From: Ramazzottius varieornatus
Taxonomy: Eukaryota; Animalia; Tardigrada
DNA: 64,000 bases
Assembly: GCA_001949185.1 (NCBI GenBank)
Contig: BDGG01000004.1
Span: 2,983,267 to 3,047,266 of the forward strand
Reading direction: 5' to 3'
Shown: in pieces, positions 11,554 to 24,612 of the stretch
Numbering within the stretch: the stretch's first letter is position 1
Layout: every line of letters begins with the position of its first letter
Position numbers and translations under genes: made by a program
The notes under the pieces: model-generated
Databases searched by the model: none
Seen by the model: the letters and a program-made list of their open reading frames with translations, nothing else
Told to the model about the DNA's origin: nothing

Positions 11554-14090
11554 ATGAAGGAAACTATTCGGATATATGCTCGACTGAAACCTGTGGAAAG
11601 CCAGAAGAGTTCTTGTGTGTATGAGACGAACCACACTGCCAAGGAGGAACAGGACAGCATTCAGTTCAGTGTCGCCAAAGAAGCTCTTGATGGTTTTGTA
11701 AATAATAGCAGGGAATATTTCAAATTTTACTTCGATGGCGTGTTTGAGCCTGAGAGCTCACAAGGGGATGTGTTTGAGACGGTCGCAAGGCCTATTGTGG
11801 ACCGCGCGCTGGAAGGATACAATGGCGCACTCTTCGCTTATGGACAAACCGGAAGTGGGAAAACCTTTGCTATCACCGGGAGTATCGACGATTCCTTCGC
11901 GAGTATCCGCAAGGGAATTATCCCCCGTACACTGTCATACATCTTTAAAGACCTGGACAAAAAGCAATCCACGGTACCCACTTCGAAGATAAATGAGTTA
12001 GTGGCAAAACTGCGTATTAAAGTGTCAACGTATCTACGTATCACTTAGAGAAAATACGGAATTTTCGCCACAACCGTATTTCAGAAAGAGACAAAAGACT
12101 AATTTTTTTGCAGGCTTCGAATCATCTCGTCGAATCCGCTCCCGCAGAAAATTCAGTGTGCATCTCATATTTCGAAATTTACAATGAGAATGGATACGAC
12201 CTACTGCAACCTCGTGATACCTTTACTAGACTCGAACACCTGTCGAAGATTGTCCTACAGGAGGACGCAGACCAGAACATCCACCTACGAAACCTTAGCG
12301 TTCACCGAGCGGGAAACGAGGAAGAAGCCATGGCTCTTCTGTCCATCGGTGAATTGAACAGAGCAATGGCAGAAACGCCCATGAATCAGACATCGACGCG
12401 GTCTCACTGCGTATTCACAATTACCCTCAGCCGGCGCGAAGCCTCTTCGGCCGTAGTGCGAACGTCGAAGCTTCATATTGTCGATTTAGCAGGATCCGAA
12501 AGGGTCTATAAGAGCGGAATTGCGGGTCGAAGTTTGACGGAAGCCAAGTATATCAACTTGGCTCTTCACCATCTCGAACAGGTAATGTCGTGTTATGCTG
12601 TATCGTAAGATTATGACATTGTGAAGTATGTGATGTAATGTCGGTACGTACAGCATGTTGTATAGGTTATCATAGCGCTTGCCGACAAGAACCGCACACA
12701 TATCCCATATCGAAATTCAATGATGACTTCCATCTTAAAAGACAGCCTGGGAGGGAACTCCCTTACGAGCATGATAGCCACCTGCTCGTTGGAAGAGAGT
12801 AACTTGGGTGAGACCATCTCGACCTGCCGGTTCGCGCAGAGGGTCGCCCTTATCAAGAACGAGGTTGTTCGGAACGAAGCACTGAATCCGTTGGTTGAGA
12901 TTGAGCTGCTCAAGAAAGAAATACAAGACTTGAAAGCTAGTTACGCGTTGCTGGCTGGTAGTGACGAAGCTTTGTCCGAGAATCTAACGGAGGAAGAGAT
13001 TGACAAATGCCAATCGATCGTCAAGAACTTTGTGAGCAACACTGATCTGAACGAACTGCAACTTCCCAACTTGGACATCCGTAAAATCCAGCTATGCTTC
13101 GGGCTACTACGGTCGATGGTAGTACGGGCTCAAGACTCTGTTGGTAGCCGTGGACTCAGTAAGATATCTGCGAACGACGATTTTAGGTTGAAAGAAATGC
13201 AGAGTAAGCTGGATGAAGTACGCAAGACTCTGAAGCAGCGTGACAAGGAAATGTCGATACTATGCCGACTCTTGAAACAAGAGAAGCAGAGGATCGACAG
13301 TTTGTTGCACTGTCAAGCACAGTTTCTGGGAGCCAACCCTTCGAATCCGAACAGTCAGCCTGATAAAGAAAGCGGAGTCTTGGGCGAAGAAGTGCAGCAA
13401 CCGAGAGCAACGGCGACCCGTCCGTATGGTTCCACCGGCTTAAGCGAGAATACTTTGAGCAAAGTACCCTCAAACAACCTGAGAGCTGAATATCCAAACG
13501 TGACAGCCCCATTTCCCGCAATCGAGGCCGATATCAGCTCGCGCGTCCTCCCGTCATTTCAGTCATCTTTTCCGCAGAACTCCACGCCTACTCAGTCGTT
13601 CGGCTTACCAGCGCCCACTTCCGCTTTCGCTTCGGGCGACAAATTTCCGTGGTTAGACAAGCTACCGAGAATGAACGAGCTTCAACTCATGGATCTTCGG
13701 AGAGCCCTGTTGACTAAGTTTGTGGATAAGCATTCGGAGCGAGGACGGATTGAAGAGCTGAAACAGAGCATGAACGGCCGGCTGCAACAAGCACGACTGC
13801 TTGCGGTCCAAATTCGAGCTCTTCAGACTGATATCCAGAGCAGTAGCGAAGAGCTTCAACGCGTAGTGGCGGTGAGAGGACTGGACGCGGAAGTCGCCCC
13901 GTTGCAGCGGCAACTCGAGGTGCAGAAAGGACAACTACAGACTATGCTGGGCCAGCTCAGAACACTCAAAGAGCAGGTCGACTACTACGAGCACACTATC
14001 AAACAGATTAGTAACGTTCTTCAGCAGCAGTTTGACCAGTGGTGGCAGCAAACTGTTTCGCGTCAAGGGATGACATCGAGCAGCTGCTAG
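11554..14090 (+). CDS. KIF6: Kinesin-9 family motor, KIF6-like; 3 exons
   Basis: ETIRIYARLKP start, P-loop GQTGSGKT, switch I NQTSTRSH, DLAGSE, KYINLALHHLEQV, HIPYRNSMMTSILKDSLGGN, STCRFAQRVALIKNE and coiled-coil tail; introns about 11972-12113 and 12582-12665. Confidence 0.92.
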
Positions 14091-14383
14091 TGATACCTTT
14101 GGTTGATTTTATGATACTTCGCACGACCTGCCTGTTCCATCGAGCAAATTTACCAGTTTCGTAGCTGTTTGCTGCACAAAATTATATAAAACTTAACAAA
14201 GATCAGTCTTGGTAAACTAGGCAGCAGAAAATAACCATAATGTTTCGGATAAAAAATTACACCAAAATCTGACCAGAGTACGTGGCGTTCTTCACCCAAC
14301 AGGAAGGAACACAGGAAAGTAAATATAACACAAGAAGAAGGAGCTGATCGCAGAAAGTTACGAGTGATAACATTAGAAAACAA

Positions 14384-17300
14384 TTACGATGAGAAAGCCG
14401 GCATCACGGGAATTTCTACTGGCTGTTCGACAGGCGGTGGCGAAGTCTTCTCACTTTTTTGTCCATGTAAGTTGAGATTAGCGCTATGTCGGTCACGACT
14501 GCGCACGGAGGGAAATTGCTTAGCGCATCCCGGCACAGTACAAGGATGTTGGATCTTCAGATGGACGTTGATGTAGTGTGTGCGCTTGGTGAAATGGTTC
14601 TTGAACATCTTCTTACACACGACACAACGGTTAGTTTCTTCTGGATCATCTGGCACTTGAATCTTGCCATATTCGTCGCGGACCACGGTAACTGTAGGCT
14701 TGAAGGCCGAAGCTGTATCTGAAGGCTCGCTGGCGTCCGAGTCATACGCCGTTTCCTCGTCCTCTTCCTCGACACCCGCCATCGGAGAACTAGCCCATGG
14801 GCCGCCGTTGTCGTTGTGAAGGCTCAGCGTAGTGTTCTTGTTAAATACCGGCGAAGGACTGCTGGTGGGACTATTGCTCAAAGGAACGGGCGCGACCGAA
14901 TTGACGTTTCCTGAAACAAACAAAATTTAGTTTCTGTCGTCAGACAGAAGTTTTGGCGAAACCTTCTAAGATTCAACTAGCTTATATCACTCTGTCGTCA
15001 TTTTTACAATAGATTTTCTATGGTTTTTCTGTATATGTCATTTCACATGTTGTGAAAGTACTGTATACCGTACCAGTTGGAGACACTCTGGTTTGGCCGG
15101 GAGCCTCACTGTTCGAAGACATCAGGAGTACTTGATTAACTTGCTCTTTCACATCGCGCATTTCCGTGTCGATGTCGTGATGATCAATAACAAGTCGCTG
15201 CTCGGGTTCGGGACTGAAGCTCGCGTCGCCACTTCCGCCATTGACTTGCTCGTAGGCCGACATCAGGGCAAAGTCCTCATCGTCATCCGACCCTGACATG
15301 TCGACGTCGTGGTCGTCCATATCGTCGCTGCGTTGTGGCGGCACTTCGCCTTCATTGGCCAAGATCCCTCCACGCCGCGGTGCGAACAGATTACTATGCA
15401 GTCGCGGATTCAGGTTGGACGAGTGGCGGTTACGGCTGCGCCGCGAAGAGAACATCATGTTGCAGTTCTTCACTGTACAGCGGTGCATTTCCTTCAAGTG
15501 GACTGCGCTGTAGTGGATCTTCAAAGCACCCTTGTCGCAAAAAGTCTTGTGGCAAACTTCGCAGTTCACTCGCTTCGCCGGAGTCTTCGCCATCTTTGAT
15601 GGACTAGTACCTGGAAGGTGTCCAGGTTAATCGATCAACGGACCACTGTAATCAGACAATGTTTCGATACGTACCAGGTGCGCCGCTTTCGGATGGAGTC
15701 TTCTCTGTTCGAGAAGCATTATCCGGTGTAGATTCTGCTAGAGTTGATGGGTTCGTGGTGGTAGCCTCATTACCAGCGGATGGCATACTCAGGTTCACCG
15801 GTAAAGTGGCCGAACAAGTCACCGGCGTGTTATGCGCTACCGTCGAACTGGGATTCGGTACCGAAGGTTTCGGTTTCAGCGTACGTTTCGCGGGAGGCGC
15901 TGGTGACTGCAGCTGGTGCTTTGCCGGCGGCGTTTGCTGATTCGACTGTGTGCTATATTGCTGTGTTGGATGACCAGGGAATGGTTGAGCTGGCCCGGAA
16001 GGAATAGTGCCATTCGGGTAGATGCTGAAACTGTTGAGCGGTGCGGGTTGACGTGGCATTTGACTGTTGTCTATCTGCAGAGAACCATTCTGCATCTGTC
16101 GAAGCACAATTGTCCCGCCGGGAACTGGCATGACACTGTCATTGGGCCCCTGCAGGCTTCTTCGTGGTGGAGTGCCTTGTAGGAGCACAGAGTTACCGTT
16201 CAGTGACGTGGACGGGTTCCCCGGGTTCGCTGTGGGTGGGCTGATCTGCGTTATACCGGTGGGAAAGGGGTACATGCCATTGGCCTGCTGTCCGTTCATC
16301 GGAGCGATGAGTGGTTTCTGTGGGTTTTGGGAGAAGAAGCCCTGGAGACCGCTGTTAGCTGGTTTCTTGTACACGTCGAGGTACGGGTTATCCTCGGCCT
16401 TTTCTTGAGTCAACTCTTGGATGAACTTGGCCGCGATGGACTGTGTGGCTTGGAACTTGAGGAAATGTCCGAGGATCATCTGCTCGTCCAGCATGGTAGC
16501 GTATGTCCACGAGCTACGGACGTTCGCTCCATCATTTTCCTAGTACGAGACCAAAACATCAGCTGAAATAGTTCGGCAAAGAGATAGCGATGGAAATATA
16601 CCATAATAATCCAGCCACGGCAAAAGTCGGTCCATGACCATCCAAATTGGTCGGTAATGCGAACTGCTTCTTCGGGTTTCAGCTGGGCTAGTAGGCGGTA
16701 CAAGCAGACGTGGAGCCGGAAGGGGACACCTTGAGCTCCATAGAGAACCATGCTGGCAATGTCGAAGACCGCATCGTAGGTTACCAGCTCGAACTTCTTC
16801 TTGCTCCACTGGAAGACAATGTTGGTCTTGTCCAAAGCTGTAAACAGCATTAAAAGCGTCACTGATGAGCCGTTAACTCCACATACGCTTCTTGGCACGG
16901 ATCAAGAGAGCGGATCGAGTTCTTCGCATATTGCTGTACCACTTACCATGAGGAACCCATCCATGGGGACAACTTCCGCATTGCCGGACGTTGTTGGTCA
17001 ACGGGGAAAATTGTGCACATTGACATCCCGGATATGTGCAACGAATGATACACTGCAGAAGAATAGAGATGGATTTACGGTGGGTCATAAAAGGCAGATG
17101 GGACAGTTTCATCAGTGTCAGACTGTACCGACTTCCGGCTTGACCATTCGCGTGATACCGCGCAGTACAATATCTGCGCTTTGTTACTCTCTGATCCATA
17201 TTAGACTTACTCTACTCACCACGTCCATTTTAACGATTTTATTCAGGAACCTTGGAGAGTACCATTCAAATCCAAACACTATAATAACTCATCGGTTCGC

Positions 17301-18159
17301 CCGAGCTAAAAAGTATCTCAGGATTCGTAGGATACTGGTGATGTGATTTCTACTCTGTTTTCTGATGGTGTATGCAGGTGGCTTTGTCCATGCAATTAGT
17401 GACAAGGACATGATTAGCGGAATTGATCAACGTGAAGCCGTGCTTGAACGATGATTGCAGGGGACAGCAGTCATGCAGCGACAGAAACTGCGACCGGGCT
17501 GACTTGTCAGTGCCGCTTTCCGGTCAAGTCAAACTACATATGCCAGCTTGCAATCAAGAGAGACGGAGGAGGGCAAAAATGTCAAAATGACATTTACATC
17601 AGTACTGATGCCCGTTATGAGACTCATCTTTTTCATCAGCAGAGAGTAGTCAGAGCACTCTCCGCATCTCGCGTCGAACAGAGAAGATCTTGTACAGTTG
17701 TACCACGCATATATATGAGACTGTCGTGCAATAACAAGTCGCGCATGTGAAGCTCTGTTGAATGACATACCGACAACTCAAATATAGCACTTCACATGCA
17801 TCAACGACGTCTGATACTTGCACAGCAACTTTCCTATGGCACTTTAGAATGAGACAGCCATGATAAGAAACGAAACACGCGGTCGGGCACATGTGTACAC
17901 TGCAAGTCTGTGTGGGTGCGGATAAGCTTTTGAATGCTAGTATAGTCTATCGATCGATGGACCACAGCTGATAATCCACACCCGGTCCTAATGTCGCCTT
18001 GCTGTCGTATGGGCAGCATACAGTGGGAACCCAATCTATGAATAATTAAGAAAATTTAGCAAAAGCTTTAGAAACACTGACCTGGACTCCGTTGTAGCTC
18101 CCGTTGTGGCTGATGGAATGAGCCGGATTCTGTTGAAGAGCCACGCCGTTGGAAGCCAT
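14384..18159 (-). CDS. BNC/disco: Basonuclin/disconnected-family C2H2 zinc-finger transcription factor
   Basis: Finger pair [60 protein letters not shown], second pair ending [16 protein letters not shown]-terminal [10 protein letters not shown]...CPHGWVPH and [16 protein letters not shown]. First exon 18082-18159 (MASNG...VQ|gtcagt) is inferred from phase-0 fit and is less certain. Confidence 0.9.
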
Positions 18160-20800
18160 TTTTAGCAGACGGGCCGAAGAGTTAAGAGACGTGTTTTGGT
18201 GACAGGGCAAGCACAGACTGGCAGTGCGTCGTCTCAAAAGTGCCTTGGCTAGTTTGGGTCGATCGGCGATCGACGAAGGCTTCAGTCAACTTTGCTGGTT
18301 TACTCATCTGGCACGTACAATCTGCATTTGAAGTGGCGTCGAGCAGCCGCGAGGCGTAATAGTGCACTCGTCGAGTCTCCGGTATACTCTCCCCAGCTTA
18401 TCGATTGAATTCTAACAGAGGTTGCTTTTAGGCCGGCCAATCAAGCCTAAGAGCCCTGCCAGCTGTCATACGTCGTCTCGGCTACAGGACAGACTTACAC
18501 CAGCGTCACGTTTTCGAACGAATTTTGATTTCCGTCGGATAATCAGAAAGAATCCAAAAACATTAGTTGCACCATCTTGAAACCAAGAAATGGCGAGATT
18601 TTTGGAGAGGGTCGACAGAAACTGATCGGCAGTCAAAATCATCGGAACTCGACTCGGTAGGTTGTCTTCCTGTAGTGCATATAGCTGACCGCACCCAAAG
18701 TTCGGTTTGTGACAAAGAAGCGATAAAAAGCAGGGTCAGAGTCCGTTTGGAGAGCAGCATGCCTCTCTTTATCGATCCACTTTCTTCTCAGTGGTGTCAC
18801 CTTTCTCTTTTAGACAGGATGGATCATCCCACAAGACCTCACGCTTGCCGCGACAAGCGAGGAGGTCAACATTTTCTATCGAGCGAGAATGCACTCAGCG
18901 GAACAAAAAACTTAGTCCGAAAAACAAGACCAAAAGGGTCAGAAAGTTCTTTACCGATGCGAGAACACGTGAGAAATGTGCTCACGAGGACCTTGCAATA
19001 TCATATTGACGCGTGCTTGCGAGGAGCCATAGAGGGCCCGGTTATCCTTTTAGACCGGATGTGATGTCCGGACAGGTCGTAAAGTCGGTCGGCCTGCGCG
19101 TAGTATGTGGCTTGGTCATGCCAGGCTGAGCAAAGATTTGTCATGCAAAACTCCTCAATAAAACCAGTTTTGTCGTTTGAAGTTATCCGAACGTACGCCG
19201 GAGAATGCTCGTCAAAATATGTGGCTTGTCCACTGTCGTCTGACATTCAGCCACTTTGAGCTTACAAGCCGACATAATTCCTGCCTGCCCAGCATGCGCA
19301 TGCGTTTCCTGCCCATTCAGGGCGTATAGTATGGAGAATGGCACACCGGCCATCTTCCATTCACTGAGGGATTTGCTCTCCAGACTCCACAGGCCAGCAA
19401 ATGGAAAATAAGCCATACGCCAGTACGGTCTTATTCCATCGACGTGGAAATTTAGTGGCGATAGGACATGTACAGTACAGTCGCCTGCTAACAGCTTCAC
19501 TTCCGTCTAGCCTTCCACATGAGCGCGTCGTCGTTGTAATCTCAGCGCTGCTCAGTTTTACGTGGATATGGCGACATTGCACAAATTCCTGGTGCATGGA
19601 GTCATCCTTTCACAGCGCTACTCCCAGGTTTCCTTGCAGGTAGTTCTTTGACGGTCATGCTCTCTGTCCCCATTTTGATACTGGATTCTTGGCGTCTCCT
19701 GTGGGAAACACGAGAAGTTCAAGCATGGATCGAGTATTTTATGAACAACAGTACGAAATGGCAATGCGAATGTGAAACATATCGTAAACTTACGGTAATG
19801 CACCACCGAAACACGTAAAACTGAAGGGAAGCTGCGAGCGAGAAATGCCTGAGAAGCGTCTTGCGGTTCCCTCTTCACCAGTCACGTGTCCAGGTATGGT
19901 GTGCCCAGCTACTTATCTCCGCCACCAAAACCGGCCAGCCAGCAGACCAGCGAAAGTGGTCGGTGGCTGAAATTGACGCAGATGTGCGCGAGGCAAGACA
20001 AGGCCAAATCCATCATAGCAGCTGTCATCATCAGGACAAAACAGACAAAAGAATTCTTTGTCACAAAATTGTTCTCCGGTCGCTCGTTGGGCCATTCTTG
20101 CACGAACATGCATGTCCAATCGCGAGCGCTATCTTAATTAGACGTGGACGTCCGTTCCAATGAAACTTATGAAAGGGTCGTCCGGGAATCGTTGCAGAAT
20201 CATTGGCCGTAGCATGGATTGATCCAGCGCATCTCAAGCTGCTCCTTAAAGTGAACGCCGTATACATGCAGATTAGGTGCCTGAAATCGAAAATAAATCA
20301 TGCAGAGCTACTACTACATTATCAATACTTGGCGTCTCCTGGCTTATCAGCAGTTCTGCCCAATTTGAAATTTTGTTGGACAAAGGGGGAGGCGAGGCAG
20401 TAAAAGGTATTACCAGGACATCGGATGCACCGAGCTGAGCTGCATACTCCTTTCAAGTGGAAACAGCGAAAGTGAACAAGACAAAATGGCGCGCAGTTGG
20501 GCAAGTCCTGGCAGAGTCAAACGAAGTGGATCAGCCAAGTATGGCGCAAATTCTGCAGTTCGTGAGGTCCACGTTTCTGATAGGTACTGGAAGCTGACTT
20601 GGTCGGCGACGGTTGTGTCACACTGATCTCCACCCGTAGCGACCTCCGTACGGTTTGCGATCAAGCTGCTTGCGCACGTGCATCAGTTTCCTCTCGGCTT
20701 CCTGCCACAGAATGTCGATCTGTTCAGGCGTTCGATCGTCTAAAAAGGACAAATACCGTAGACGAAAGAAACCAAGTTATGACCAAGAAAACTTCGAATG

Positions 20801-22154
20801 TCATATCGTACCCAAATCGCTGTTCGAATGGGCTTTCCGGGAGTGCGGACGACGACTGACGGGATAATGAGGCATCAATGGCTTGATGATGGTTACATTT
20901 TGCTCCGAATGATACTCTTCGCGGAAAGCGCCATTCCTCCTTCTTCCGCCGGGAGATTTCTTCTCTGCAATAAACTTTTACTTTTTCATGCATAAATGTT
21001 ACATCCCAACCCGAAGGTTCTCTAGACTTATTTCACTAGCTCGTTGAAGTAGATATGAGGAACCTTACGCGATGAGTGCAAAGGATTGTGTGTGGGTTCG
21101 CTCGGTCTGCTACTGGTTGTGGTGCCTTTGGTGATAGTTATGAAGGTTTCCGACGTTCTATCTGCAACCGCACAAAATGAACTCGACAATCAAAATGGCA
21201 AGAAGTCATGAAACGCATAGCACAGGTTACCTGATGGTGGAATCGCAGTCGAGTTGATTACAGCTACCACCAGTACCACCGTCGTCCCATTCTGACTCGT
21301 TGTTACTTCCTGGTTGGTGTGCGTCTCTAGGAAAATATGGAATTTACAACAATTGTTCCCGCTGTTGCGCCGACAGAAACAGGAGGTGATTATACCGTTT
21401 GTTTCCGTAGAGTTGGACGAAAACGTGTCCTTAACGTCGTCTTTCCTCCTTTTAATCCACTCCTTGGTTTTATGAACACCTTCAGCCACGTCTGCAAAAG
21501 GAACCAATTGATGCTCTGGGCACAACCTTACTCCTATCCGGAAGTACTGTAGGTGAAATTCTTGACACACTTACGTTTCGACAGCTTAGGAATCAAATAA
21601 AGCAACAACAGCGTCAGGAGAACAGCAGAAGCAGCTAGAACGGCCAGCATCATTTTGATATTCTTCATCCACATTTTCTTTTTCAGTGTCCGGGTGACTT
21701 TCTTGAACTGGAAAGATTCCTTCAGTAAATTATGAGCACGCTCGTTCAAATCATCCACCTTGTCCCCGCGGTCGAGGATCTGCTGTAAGCTCTCCCGAGC
21801 ATTCTCCGTCAAGAGGTCCACTCTCTGTTTGGCCATCTGAAACCTGCTCATCTTCACCGCATCTTCCTTCTTACTCAACAGCATGGTGTCCGATTCGGAA
21901 GAAGACGACGAACTGGAGCTTCCGGGTCGAGAAAGTGTCTGCGTAGACGATGACAGCGCAAGTAATGCAGAAGAGCTCGGCGAAGGACTGGTCGCGCTTT
22001 CATACGAGTCATATTGATTGGTCTGCTGCGAGTGCGACAGTTGAGATAATCCACCAGTCGAAAGATCGTCCAGTTCGGTTCCCTCTTCATGCTCGAGCAG
22101 AGCTTTGTACGGAGCATTCTTGTCAGATCGTTTCTTCTTGGAAAACCACTTCAT
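20801..22154 (-). CDS. Synaptobrevin/VAMP-family R-SNARE with predicted spliced luminal extension
   Basis: SNARE motif with zero-layer Arg (QILDRGDKVDDLNERAHNL...FKK), WMKNIKM juxtamembrane segment and TM helix in exon 21575-22154; predicted downstream exons 21396-21491, 21231-21326, 21069-21161 and 20801-20964. Confidence 0.8.
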
Positions 22155-22654
22155 CCGTCCGACTAGCGGTCAAGCCGTAAGTAACACTTTCTACAAAGCA
22201 TGAGCGAGTTTTCAAGACGTTACCACCTCGGGGCTGGTCCAGACAGACAAAAGAACCGTGCGTCATGGTAACATTTGAGCGGTACCATCAACCATTACCT
22301 GAAAGGTCTGTTACAAAATCATTAGATGGAATCATCGGATGAGGTCCGTTCTTTAACTGTATGCGGAAAAAAGCAGCATTGAGGGCTCCAGAGATAATAC
22401 AAGAGGGTAAAAAAATTTCAAAACATAAGCCTGTTAGAGAGATTTCAGAGGCGTTTGTACAAAATGATGGGGCTTTGAGCAAAGCGACAACGAAAGACCG
22501 GTAATAAATACTAACAGACAGACAGAGCAAGACCTAGCGTTAACTGCACAAGCTACTGTAGAAATACTGCGCGGACGCAGCGAATTTTTACAGTACTGAA
22601 CAGTATTAAACAGTACAGTACTAAATAAGAAAGATCGTCAGAAAGTAAAAACAA

Positions 22655-24612
22655 TTAAAACATGATATTTGCACCGGAAATGACACCCATCTGAAAGAGT
22701 ATGAGCAAGGTGAGAGCGACTCCTGCCACCAGCGACATCACCAGAGCCGGATTGATGGGAACACCGAATAGCTTAGCCTAGGATGAACAAATTTTCCCGT
22801 TAGTCAGAGCAGACTGAGAAAAAATCGAAATACTATTGGCGTACCCGCAAGCTTGCGTGGTTGACGAACAGCAGAAATGAATCGAGTTCCAGTTGGTTGG
22901 AATCCTTATAGCCAAACACGCGCATCTCAAAGCAAATCTGTTTGAGCTTCTCGGCAGTTTTCGAGACCCGTGCAGCCTACAATGAACAGCGATACCAGCT
23001 AACGTCACGGAATAAAAACGCCGGAGGATAGTACCTGGATCAGCGGGAACAGCAGTGCCAAGCCGAAGGTCACAGGAAAGATGGAACGGTAGACCCAAAC
23101 CCACGGACTGCGAGCATCGTTCAGGACCAGCAAGCATATTCCGACGATCGTAAGCTCCCCATTACTGAGAACTCCAATACCTGTAAGAAGTCAGGTCAAA
23201 CTTGTACTTGTATAGACTTTGTAATCTTTAAGTTTCGTATCGTCTTGACGAGCTTACCAGTCATCCGAGCGATCGTCCCGTTCAGCATACTCAAACTCTC
23301 TCTCGAACCTAAGATTTCCTGTAATGAGCATACTTCAGCAATAAGCTACCAAATACAGTTAAAATGACCTCATCGTCTGACTAATACTCACGTGCATTGC
23401 TATTCGGAGTTCGATGGATTTCTCTCGCAAGCGGACATGTATTCCATTGATGTAGGCAATCAGCAGCTCGCAATGCGTGGTGTAGTTAACAATCACCGAA
23501 GCCCAAACTAGGTAGCACAGGAGAAAGCCCACTAGCTGCAACGCGAACAGGACGTAGGTCGCCCATGTTACGCGGAACAGTATCGACGGAGTAACCCCAA
23601 ATGCCAAAGCGGAAGTGCCTTGTACAAAGACACCCAGGCAGCTCCACAGAATGCCCATATACAAAAAGCATCTGGCGTTGAACGTCACCGTCGCTTGCAT
23701 TGCGTTTCTACTGAACGGTATATTCTGCAGATAGACCTGAAGAACGAAACTGAAAATAAGGCAGACAATACGCGTTAATTACATTACTCTTCCACACGAA
23801 CCTTTTCCATCAGAATGTACAGTTGCTCATTCTCTTGCAGGCGGAAGTGCACGAATCCGGTGAAGTAGATGGCGAAGTGAAGAATAGCTGGGACTATATA
23901 CGTGGTGGTGATGTGGTAGCACTGCCGACGATGCGCAGCTGGTCCGATGGGTGCCCACAAAGGACCCCATGCAGTGGTCACATTGCTCACTGGCATGGCA
24001 GTCGTGGATGGATCTTGCGTGTCCGTATTAATGTCCAGCTTACCTTCGCAAGCCACCACTTGATAGACGAATGTGTAGAGCTGTAGACCGATCACAAGCA
24101 TGGTATAGAAGATATTACAGGTGCGGAGGAGAACTGTGCTAGGGTAGACAAAATCCTTCCCGATGGAGCGCCATCCTACCAACGTCAGCAAGGCGGAATA
24201 CGGCTGCATAACGATCTGCAAGCACAAAAAGAAATCCATTGTGTTATCTGATTAAGCCCATATACACTCTATGGTTCGGAGGATCAAAAAACACCTGTTG
24301 ACATCGTCGTAAAGCTCCGGTCGTAGTATATGTGCGTTCGTCCAGATCCGCAATCTGTAAAGACAACCTGTTAGCCATAATCATTCATATCTCTAACAAG
24401 GTACCATGCTATATACCTACCTCGACGCGAACAGCGCTGTTGGAGGAGTCATGTCGATCATGGCTGCGATTTCGATCCACATGACCGTTCAGGGCTCCGT
24501 TTGAATTCTCCGCGCTGGCAAAGTCCTGTGAATCCGACGTGGAGTGACGCTGGTAGCGAATCTGGGAATCCGACGATGTGATGCCGTTGTGCTCAGCGGT
24601 GACAAGCGCCAT
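22655..24612 (-). CDS. Gustatory-receptor-like (7TM ion channel superfamily) membrane protein, about 8 exons
   Basis: Several hydrophobic helices; spliced C-terminus ...QLELDSFLLFVNHASLR|AKLFGVPINPALVMSLVAGVALTLLILFQMGVISGANIMF* resembles the GR/Grl TM7 signature (hFGh.h...TYhhhhhQF). Confidence 0.7.

Noticed and set aside
15659-16408. Antisense ORFs over basonuclin and other CDSs
   Set aside because: Shadow ORFs of real coding sequence on the opposite strand.
20999-21021. Alternative terminal VAMP exon (QNLRVGM*)
   Set aside because: It needs a 47-nt intron with a weak pyrimidine tract; the 20964 acceptor is preferred, but this one is not excluded.
22258-22273. X-box half site (CATGGTAAC) upstream of the VAMP gene
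   Set aside because: Only one half matches; too weak to call.
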